Assembly: GCF_032099025.1 (NCBI RefSeq)
Contig: NZ_DAMCID010000016.1
Span: forward strand, 37,472-101,471
Source of the DNA: Stenotrophomonas sp.
GTDB taxonomy: Bacteria > Pseudomonadota > Gammaproteobacteria > Xanthomonadales > Xanthomonadaceae
Direction of reading: 5' to 3'
Length of the DNA: 64,000 bases
How positions within the stretch are numbered: the first letter of the stretch is position 1; each line of letters starts with the position of its first letter. The notes under the pieces were generated by a model. That model ran no database searches and had not been told where the DNA came from. It saw only the letters and a program-made list of their open reading frames with translations. The position numbers and the translations under genes were made by a program. This document shows positions 29,284 to 36,622 of this stretch, one piece after another.

Positions 29284-31740
29284 CTACCTAGCGTTTTTGA
29301 CGTACGTATCGAACCAGTTGAGCATTTCCGACACCAGCTGTTCGTTCGATTCCAGCGCCGTATACCAGTGCGGTTCGTTGGGCAGCATCACCAGGCGGGT
29401 GATGCCGCCGTTGCCACGGATGGCCTGGTAGAGCTTGCGCGACTGGAACGGCTCGGTGCCCGGATTCGCGTCATCCTCGCCGTGCACCAGCAGCAGCGGC
29501 AGCTTGATCTTGTCGGCGTAGAAGAACGGCGACGCCTTCAGGTACACGTCCTGCGCCTGCCATACCGAGCGGCGCTCGTTCTGGAAACCGAACGGGGTGA
29601 ACGTCTTGTTGTACGAGCCGCTGGTGGCCACGCCGGCCTTGAAGAGGTTGGTGTGTGCGATCAGGTTGGCGGTCATCAACCCGCCGTGGCTGTGGCCGGT
29701 AACGCCGATGCGGTTGCGGTCGACCACGCCCAGGTCCACCGCCTTGTCCACGGCGGCCTTGGCATCGGCTTCCAGCTGTTCCAGGTAGGTGTCGTAGGCG
29801 GTCTTGGGGTCGCCGACGATCGGGAACGAGGCGTTGTCGATGATCGCGTAGCCGGCCAGCAGCATCAGCCGGTACGGCGCCAGGCGGGTGAAGGTCTGCT
29901 GCGAGCCGGACACCTGCCCCGCCTGCGCGGCGTTGGCGAAGTCGGCCGGGTAGGCGTACAGGATCGCCGGCACGCGTTGGCCTTCCTGGTAGCCCGGCGG
30001 CGTGTACAGGGTGAACGACAGGTCCACGCCATCGGCGCGTTTGTACGTCACCAGCCGCTTCTTGATCTGGCGCACTTCCGGGGTCGGGTCGGTCAGCCGG
30101 GTCAGTGCGCTGGCGGTGGAGGCGTACTGCGCTTCGCCGTCCTTCGCTGCGGCCTCGCGCTCGCCCTGCTGGCGCACGAATGCGTTCGGCGGGTCCATCA
30201 CCGACTGGTGCCAGGTCAGGTAGCGGCCCGGGGTGGCGGTCAGCCCCAGCACCTGCTCATAGGCATCGGTGCTGCTGCGGAACAGCCGCTCGGTCTTGAG
30301 CGAGCCCAGGTCGAGGCGATCCAGGAACGGGCGGTCGCCCTGCGGCGAACTGCCCTGCCCGCGCAGGAACACGAACGCGCCGTCCTGGCGTACGACCGAT
30401 GCGCCATTGGGGAGGCGCTTGAAGACGAGGTTGCCCGGATCGGCGTACTGCTCGTCACTGGAGAGGTCCCACAGCAGGCGGCCTTCCTGCTTAGGGTTGT
30501 CCACGTCGACGATGCGGGTCTGGCGCCAATGGCGGTTCTCGTCGTTCTCGAACAGGAACGACACCGCCGGGTCCGCGCTCCACGCGATGCCCTCGAAACG
30601 CTGCGCGGTGCGCGCGATCTCCTGCGGCTTGCCAGTGAACGGCGCCTTCAATGCCAGCACCCGGTCGCGATGCGGCACCGTCACCTTCCAGTCGCCCTTG
30701 TCCAGCGCTTCGGCATACACCAGCGTGGCCGGATCGGTGGAGCGCCAGTCGAACTCGCGCGGGCCTTCCGGCACGCCGTGCACCGGCACGCGGTCGGCCA
30801 GTGGCAGGCTGGCAACCGGCGTGCTGCGGCCGGTGCCCAGGTCGACCACCGCTACGTCATTGGCGAAACGCTGGTACGTCACCGCATGCGAGAACGGCGC
30901 CTTGAGGGTTTCGGTGAGCACATGCACGCCATCGGGGGCCGCATTGATGTCGTTGTACAGCGCGGGTGCACCGACGTTGCGCACGCTGCCGGCGGCGGTG
31001 TCGACCACCGCCAGCTGCGAGGCACCGTAGTATGCGAACAGCGCTTCGTCGTGCACGCTGGTCAGCGTGTCGCGGGCCTCATAGGTGCTGCTCTCGCCGC
31101 TGCTGCCCAGCGACTCCTGCACGTCCGGGCCGCCCGGCCCATTGCCGCTGGACGGCGCCGGGCCCTGGTTGGCCGGCACGGTCTTCACCAGAAGTTGCTG
31201 GCCGCCGCCGAGCCATTGCACGGTGTAGCCGAAGATCGGGTTGAGCTGTACGTTCGGAATCTGCTTGACCTGACCGGTCTGCGCGTCGCCCACCCACAGC
31301 TGCACCGAGGTCTCCACCGCGTTCTGGAACGCGAAGCGGCTGCCATCGGCCGACCACTGCGCGGCGCTCGCGCAGCCCTGCGGCAACGCTACCTTGGTGT
31401 TGCGGGCGGTGCCGACCTCGACGAGGGTGAAATCGGCCACGCAGGCCGGGATGCCGTAGCCGCCCTGCGTGTCGTGGCGGCTGCGGTTCTTCGGCTCCAG
31501 GCGCACGCCAGCCAGCTTCAGATAAGGCTGGGCAACGCGCTCGATCGACGGGTAGGTCTGCAGCGTGGTCAGCAGCAGCCGCTGCCCGCTCGGGTCCAGG
31601 CTGGGCTGCGGCGGCGGCGGTGCCTTGAGCACCTTGAGCAGCGCCTCCGGCGGCTTGGCGTAGTCGGCGAAGGCCGGTGTGGCGACAGTGAGCGTTGCCA
31701 CGGCAATGGCCGAAGCCAGGCAGGTACGACGGATGAGCAT
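29284..31740 (-). CDS. S9 family (prolyl oligopeptidase-like) peptidase, exported
   Basis: Signal peptide; GHSHGG nucleophile, EDDANPG, EPHWY; ends VKNAR*. Confidence 0.92.
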   Translation of the reverse strand: MLIRRTCLASAIAVATLTVATPAFADYAKPPEALLKVLKAPPPPQPSLDPSGQRLLLTTLQTYPSIERVAQPYLKLAGVRLEPKNRSRHDTQGGYGIPACVADFTLVEVGTARNTKVALPQGCASAAQWSADGSRFAFQNAVETSVQLWVGDAQTGQVKQIPNVQLNPIFGYTVQWLGGGQQLLVKTVPANQGPAPSSGNGPGGPDVQESLGSSGESSTYEARDTLTSVHDEALFAYYGASQLAVVDTAAGSVRNVGAPALYNDINAAPDGVHVLTETLKAPFSHAVTYQRFANDVAVVDLGTGRSTPVASLPLADRVPVHGVPEGPREFDWRSTDPATLVYAEALDKGDWKVTVPHRDRVLALKAPFTGKPQEIARTAQRFEGIAWSADPAVSFLFENDENRHWRQTRIVDVDNPKQEGRLLWDLSSDEQYADPGNLVFKRLPNGASVVRQDGAFVFLRGQGSSPQGDRPFLDRLDLGSLKTERLFRSSTDAYEQVLGLTATPGRYLTWHQSVMDPPNAFVRQQGEREAAAKDGEAQYASTASALTRLTDPTPEVRQIKKRLVTYKRADGVDLSFTLYTPPGYQEGQRVPAILYAYPADFANAAQAGQVSGSQQTFTRLAPYRLMLLAGYAIIDNASFPIVGDPKTAYDTYLEQLEADAKAAVDKAVDLGVVDRNRIGVTGHSHGGLMTANLIAHTNLFKAGVATSGSYNKTFTPFGFQNERRSVWQAQDVYLKASPFFYADKIKLPLLLVHGEDDANPGTEPFQSRKLYQAIRGNGGITRLVMLPNEPHWYTALESNEQLVSEMLNWFDTYVKNAR

Positions 31741-31878
31741 CCAGATCCCCTTGAAAGTATGGGTTCCCGGCGGCGCACGTGTCGCCGGCATCCCGTGGAA
31801 TCTAGCACCGGGGCGCCGTGCTGGAATGGGCCGAAAGCACTAGGTGCGTTGCCGGCCTTGCGCTGCGGATGCCGTCAG

Positions 31879-32301
31879 TCAGGCGCCCTGGTATACGTCG
31901 TGGACAAGCGAGATGCCCAGCGCTGCCATGCGACCGAGCAACCGGGGCGGCAGCTCAACGGCGAAGTTCCGGTTGCTGTGCGAACTGAACCATATGCGGA
32001 TCGTCCCCTGTTCGGCGATCTTCAACAGGAACGCTGCGTGTGGCTCAAGCCAGCCCAATGTGTCCTCCAGCGCGTCCTCGAAACGCTCTTCGGTGGACTC
32101 CCGCCAACGCTCGGAGAAGGGGTTGCAGGTCCAGTACGATTCCGGCCACGTCCCCTGCAGCAACGTGCCCTTCGGCGTGCGGCGCGGCTCTCCTGCCTTC
32201 CAGAACGTGTCTGCAGACTTGCCAAGTGCCTGGCTGATCAGCTCAGGATCGAAGGACGGATGGGTGATCCTGATGTCCAGGATGTACGTGTAGGTCTGCA
32301 A
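31879..32301 (-). CDS. DUF4279-like protein
   Basis: DPELISQALG...WKAGEPR pattern; TTG start; family recalled, not searched. Confidence 0.6.
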   Translation of the reverse strand: MQTYTYILDIRITHPSFDPELISQALGKSADTFWKAGEPRRTPKGTLLQGTWPESYWTCNPFSERWRESTEERFEDALEDTLGWLEPHAAFLLKIAEQGTIRIWFSSHSNRNFAVELPPRLLGRMAALGISLVHDVYQGA

Positions 32302-32312
32302 GAAACCCGTCC

Positions 32313-32630
32313 TCAGTTCGACAGCCGGCGTTCGCCGCTGTCCAGGATCGCGCCTTCGATGCTGTCCTTGGGTGCGCCGACACGTTCCATGAAGTCGCGC
32401 AGCATCACGTCCCGGCAGTGCTCCAGTGACTGGCCATCGCGTTCGGAGAACATGCGCGCGGCGTGCTCGAACAGATCGGACAACAGCTCACCAAAGTCGG
32501 CAGCGCCGCCACTGAGATCGGAATTGAGCGTCACGTGCAGTTCTTCGTGAGCCGCCCACAGGCGCATGATCTCGAACGCCTCCGGGTCACTCAACACGCC
32601 GTCGGGGATGCGCAGTTCATCGGTATACAT
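32313..32630 (-). CDS. DUF5076-like protein
   Basis: ELRIP...AFEIMRLWAA...LHV...GELLSDL..HAA pattern; family recalled, not searched. Confidence 0.6.
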   Translation of the reverse strand: MYTDELRIPDGVLSDPEAFEIMRLWAAHEELHVTLNSDLSGGAADFGELLSDLFEHAARMFSERDGQSLEHCRDVMLRDFMERVGAPKDSIEGAILDSGERRLSN

Positions 32631-32726
32631 GGGTTTCTTCCGTGATGGTGTTTGGGTCGTGTCGCTGCATGCGTTGGCGGCCCACCCCCTGCGGACCGCT
32701 ACGGCATCACGGTAAGACGAGCGCAC

Positions 32727-34061
32727 TTACTCCGTCAATGGATCCCCGTGCGCAGCGGCCATGCGCGCCGCTGCGGCATGCGGACAGACCGGCGCGGCAT
32801 CACGCTGGGGTACCGGTCGCGGTGCAGGAGTGCCCACCTGACGCGGCGCCACCACCCCCTTGAAGTCGATGGGAATGGCAAACCCCTCCAGTTGCATCCA
32901 GGGCGCCGGATCGGCCTGTACCTGGATATCGAAATCCCGCGTGACCAGCGCACAGAACAGGATCAGCTGGGCGTGCCCGACCGCGCTGCCGATGCATGCC
33001 CGGGAGGAGAATCCAAATGGGACGTAGGCGCCCTTGTTGGGCTGACGGCGCGACGGGAGCCACCGGTCAGGATCAAATACGTCGGGCGCATCCCAGAACT
33101 CCGGCGAATGGTGCTGGTAATACGAGGACAGCTCGTAGGCCGCGCCCTTCTTGATGGTCACGCCCTCGGCCTCGATGTCATGCCAGGCCGGGCGACGCAG
33201 TGCGAACAGGCCGGGCCACACGCGGATGGTTTCCTTGACGAACCGCGAGGTGCACGGCAGATCCTTCATGGGCAGCGAATACAGCGTTTCCAGGTCAAGC
33301 GCCGTGGTCTCGGCCTGGATGCGCTCGCGCCACTCGGGGTAGCGATGCATCGCATACAGCAGGCTCGCCGCGGTGATGCCCGGCAGGCCGGACATTCCGG
33401 CCAGCACCGTCGAAACAAGATAGGCCACGCGGTCGACGCCAATCCGCCCCGCCAGGGGCAGCAGCGACTGCAGGAAATCGTCATGCGTGCGGCCTTTATC
33501 GCGCGACCGCTGTTTGATGTGGCGGGTGACCGTGCGCGCCGCCTTGCGTGACAGGTGAAAATTCAGAATGCGGCGCAGCAGCGAGAAATCCTGCTGCACG
33601 ATGCCGCTGTAGCGGGTCTTCTGCTCGCCCACCAGCGCATCGATATCGCGCTGGTTCATGCCACCGATCAAAAGGGGAAGCAGCGGCTCGGAAATGGTCC
33701 ACCAGCTGAGTTCGCTCAGGTCCTGCACCGTGCCGCAGCGCTGGGACAGGTATGCATGCATGCGCGTATACAGCGTGCGCATGTGCTCCGGTGCCGCAAG
33801 CCGGCCGCCCTGCTCGCTCAGCAATGCCCGGACTTCCCGCCATGCAACGGGTGTGCGCGATCCACGCAGGCCGAGAAAATCGATGAGTGAATCAGGCACC
33901 GTGTGCTTGTCGGTGTTGGCCTTGTCGACCTTGACCGCCAGCGTTGGATCGAAAATGCCGACCACGTCGTTCTGGAATGCAAGCACCGGCCCTTCCCGGC
34001 GAACCCGTTCAAGCAGGTCGTCGATTGAAACGACTTCCGCGTCTGTGCCCTGATCCGCCAT
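32727..34061 (-). CDS. Cytochrome P450, putative RiPP aromatic cross-linking enzyme
   Basis: ExxR (KETIR), PDRW, heme motif PFGFSSRACIG; I-helix AGMSGLPGITAA lacks the acid-alcohol pair; GGGAGG RBS. Confidence 0.93.
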   Translation of the reverse strand: MADQGTDAEVVSIDDLLERVRREGPVLAFQNDVVGIFDPTLAVKVDKANTDKHTVPDSLIDFLGLRGSRTPVAWREVRALLSEQGGRLAAPEHMRTLYTRMHAYLSQRCGTVQDLSELSWWTISEPLLPLLIGGMNQRDIDALVGEQKTRYSGIVQQDFSLLRRILNFHLSRKAARTVTRHIKQRSRDKGRTHDDFLQSLLPLAGRIGVDRVAYLVSTVLAGMSGLPGITAASLLYAMHRYPEWRERIQAETTALDLETLYSLPMKDLPCTSRFVKETIRVWPGLFALRRPAWHDIEAEGVTIKKGAAYELSSYYQHHSPEFWDAPDVFDPDRWLPSRRQPNKGAYVPFGFSSRACIGSAVGHAQLILFCALVTRDFDIQVQADPAPWMQLEGFAIPIDFKGVVAPRQVGTPAPRPVPQRDAAPVCPHAAAARMAAAHGDPLTE

Positions 34062-34080
34062 CTCACCGCCTCCCTGAAAT

Positions 34081-34109
34081 GCCAGGGGTGGCCATTGACC
34101 ACCCCTGGC
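34081..34109 (-). promoter_or_regulatory. Stem-loop between precursor peptide gene and P450
   Basis: Perfect 11-bp stem GCCAGGGGTGG/CCACCCCTGGC with a 7-nt loop and no U tail. Confidence 0.65.
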
Positions 34110-34140
34110 GTGCTCATGAAAACACGCGGAGAATCTGCGC

Positions 34141-34242
34141 TTAGAAAATGATCCAGTAAATGTACTTCGAACGGATGCTCTGGGTCGGACTGACCGAACG
34201 GAGGTTCAGGGAAACCTGCAAGGCGCGAACAAGATTAGCCAT
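34141..34242 (-). CDS. Putative RiPP precursor peptide, MANLVRALQVSLNLRSVSPTQSIRSKYIYWIIF (33 aa)
   Basis: AGGAG 7 nt before the ATG; aromatic-rich C terminus; co-oriented 79 nt upstream of the P450. Confidence 0.75.
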   Translation of the reverse strand: MANLVRALQVSLNLRSVSPTQSIRSKYIYWIIF

Positions 34243-34566
34243 GATATGACTCCTGGTTGTTTCGTTGTTGTCCCGATATCGAATACCAGATGCTGGATGT
34301 CTGGCGCCTTGTTTTAGCACGCATGATCCGTCGAAATGGAATGTCGTTGAATCTGTCGTTATCCGGATAGTTTTCACACTGGTGCGCTCTTATTGGACGA
34401 GAGGCGCATCACAGTTTCGCCTGACGCGGGCGGCGGCCCCGCGCGGCCTGCGCAGGACACTCCGCGCGCCTCCCGCGCCTGCCTGGCCTCGGCGACACCC
34501 ACCGCCCGGGCGCGGGGATGCATGGGCCACGCTAAGATGTCCAGGTCTTTTCATCACTGGATCCCC

Positions 34567-35343
34567 GTGCGTACCGTCCACGCGCTCCGCTACATCACCC
34601 CGCTCCGCGAGGGGGGCTCCCTGCCTGCCGTGGTCGAGACTGACGACGATGGGATGGTGGTCCTCAAGTTCCGGGGCGCCGGCCAGGGCCCCAAAGCGCT
34701 GATCGCCGAGCTGATTGCCGGCGAGTTGGCCCGCACCCTCGGCCTGCCTATTCCCGACATCGTGTTCGTGGAGCTGGACCGCGAGTTCGCCCGCACCGAG
34801 CCGGACCCGGAAATCCAGGACCTGATCCGCGCCAGTGAAGGCCTGAACCTGGGCAGCGATTACCTGCCCGGCGCGATCAATTACGATCCGGCGGCCATGC
34901 CGGTGGACGCTGACCTGGCCTCGCGCATCGTCTGGTTCGATGCCTTCACCAGCAACGTGGACCGCACCGCGCGCAACCCGAACCTGATGGTCTGGCACCG
35001 CAAGCTGTATCTGATCGACCATGGCGCGGCGATGTATTTCCACCACGATTGGGCCACCGCCGGCGATGTATGCGAGAAGCCGTTCCTGCTGATCCGCGAC
35101 CAGGTGCTGCTGCCGTTCGCCACGAAGATCGCCGAGGTCGATGCCGAGCTGGCCGCGCGGCTGCCGGATGCGGAGATCGAGCGCATCGTCGGGCTGGTGC
35201 CTGACAGCTGGCTGGTCGACGAGCCCGCCTTCGACACCCCGGCAGCGTACCGCCAGGCGTACATCGATTATCTGACGTGCCGCCTGCGGTCGCGCGCCGC
35301 TTTCGTCCAGGAGGCCGTCCGTGCCCACGCTGCATACGTATGA
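34567..35343 (+). CDS. HipA-like kinase
   Basis: LREGGSLP, VLKFRGAG, NVDRTARNPN catalytic loop, YLIDHG; GTG start inferred. Confidence 0.82.
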   Translation: MRTVHALRYITPLREGGSLPAVVETDDDGMVVLKFRGAGQGPKALIAELIAGELARTLGLPIPDIVFVELDREFARTEPDPEIQDLIRASEGLNLGSDYLPGAINYDPAAMPVDADLASRIVWFDAFTSNVDRTARNPNLMVWHRKLYLIDHGAAMYFHHDWATAGDVCEKPFLLIRDQVLLPFATKIAEVDAELAARLPDAEIERIVGLVPDSWLVDEPAFDTPAAYRQAYIDYLTCRLRSRAAFVQEAVRAHAAYV

Positions 35344-35710
35344 CTATGCGGTGATCCGCGTGGTACCGCGGGTGGAACGCGAAGAGTTCATCAACGTCGG
35401 GGTGATCGTCTCGTGCCCCGGCGCACGCCACCTGCAGGCCGCGATCGAGATCGACGCCGTGCGCATGCACGCCTTTGCGCCCTCGCTGGACGTGGAGGCG
35501 CTGCAACCGTGGCTGGATGCGATCGTGGCGATCTGCCGGGGCGACGCCAACGCGGGACCGATCGCCCAGCTGCCGGCGCGTGCGCGCTTCCATTTCCTGA
35601 CCGCGAAGCGCAGCTCGATCGTGCAGATGTCGAGCACGCATGTGGGGCGCACTGCGGACCCGCAGGGGGTGGTGGAGCATCTGATGCGGAAGATGGTGCG
35701 GGTGGTTTGA
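35321..35710 (+). CDS. DUF3037 domain protein
   Basis: YDYAVIRVVPRVEREEFINVGVI signature; overlaps the kinase stop. Confidence 0.85.
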   Translation: MPTLHTYDYAVIRVVPRVEREEFINVGVIVSCPGARHLQAAIEIDAVRMHAFAPSLDVEALQPWLDAIVAICRGDANAGPIAQLPARARFHFLTAKRSSIVQMSSTHVGRTADPQGVVEHLMRKMVRVV

Positions 35711-35749
35711 CGGTGGGTCATGAAAGGCTGCACCGACAGCCGGTTGGGT

Positions 35750-36202
35750 CTACCCAACCGGCCAGCGGCACCATGCATGCGGGTACTCACCCAGGCATTC
35801 CGCCAGCTTTGCGCGCACCGGATTGGCGAGGATGTACATCGCCTGTTCGCGCAGGGATTCCTCCGTTCGAATGGCATGGTCGTAATAGCCCGGTTGCCAC
35901 ACTCTGCCGCTGCGCCCCTGGCAGCGGTTGAGCAGGAAGCTGGTGCGCGCCTTGAAGCGCTGGACGCAGTAACCCAGCGTGTGGCCGCGCAGCTGTGCGA
36001 GCCAGTGGATGTGATCGGGCATGACGACCCACGCCAGTGAGCTGGTGACGCCTTCCGCATCCATCGCGCGGAGGATGCGCATGGGAATCTCCGCGCATCG
36101 GGCGTCGTCGAAGTAGCGATGACGCTGCTCGCAGACCATGGTGAGTGCGTAGACGTTGCCGATCATGGACCGGCGCCCGATGTGGAGTTGTGGGCTGCTC
36201 AT
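35750..36202 (-). mobile_element. REP-associated tyrosine transposase (RAYT, Y1 HUH)
   Basis: WVVMPDHIHW (HUH), WQPGYYDHAIR, YILANP (catalytic Tyr); adjacent REP doublet. Confidence 0.92.
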
Positions 36203-36301
36203 GGGGCCACGATGCCGTGCGTGGCGAAGTCGCGGTATCGGCGTTCTGTGATTGGTTTTGTCGGGGCAGCCGCCTGTTGAGTGTCGGGTCTATGGCAGGG
36301 C

Positions 36302-36365
36302 GGCTGGGCGGCTGGGCGGCTGGGCGGCTGGCAGGCTGCCCGGCTGGCCGACTGGCCGACTGGGT
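36302..36365. repeat. 8-bp tandem repeat (GGCTGGGC, 8 units, degenerating)
   Basis: ggctgggc x3, then ggctggca, ggctgccc, ggctggcc, gactggcc, gactgggt. Confidence 0.8.
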
Positions 36366-36440
36366 AGAGCCGACTGTTAGTCGGCTGCTCCCCGCCGGCG
36401 ACGCTCCAATCAACGGCAGCCGACTAACAGTCGGCTCTAC
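36364..36440. repeat. Inverted REP doublet (REPIN/BIME-like) of the RAYT
   Basis: GTAGAGCCGACTGTTAGTCGGCT at 36364-36386 and its reverse complement at 36418-36440. Confidence 0.92.
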
Positions 36441-36466
36441 CCAGTCGGTGTTGTCCGGTTTTGCCC

Positions 36467-36606
36467 TGTCGGTTTTGCCCGGCCGGTGTAGCCCGGCCGG
36501 TGTAGCCCGGCCGGTGTAGCCCGGTCGGTTTCGCCCGATCGGTGTTGCCCGGCCGATTTTGCCCGGCTGGTCATGCCCGGTCCGTTTTGCCCGGGCCGTT
36601 TTACTC
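36467..36606. repeat. 14-bp degenerate tandem array (10 units)
   Basis: ggccggtgtagccc x3 exact, plus variants such as ggtcggtttcgccc and ggccgattttgccc in strict 14-nt register. Confidence 0.85.
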
Positions 36607-36622
36607 GGTCTGCACGTTCGCG

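Larger units (their letters stand above)
26680..29433. mobile_element. Integrase-less low-GC islet bounded by 143-bp direct repeats
   Basis: Direct repeats 2611 bp apart; the interior is visibly more AT-rich and carries two genes. Confidence 0.8.

Noticed and set aside
29284..31740. S9 peptidase as the dedicated leader peptidase of the RiPP
   Set aside because: It has host-like codon usage, a Sec-type signal peptide and two intervening genes. Proximity alone is not enough, though an opportunistic role cannot be excluded.
34243..34377. 78-aa version of the precursor ORF
   Set aside because: The only good RBS (AGGAG) lies in front of the internal ATG at 34242; the upstream part is AT-rich promoter-like DNA with a GTG start.
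36467..36606. 14-bp array as CRISPR or iterons
   Set aside because: Units are contiguous with no spacers, and no rep gene is nearby; this is a decaying microsatellite.
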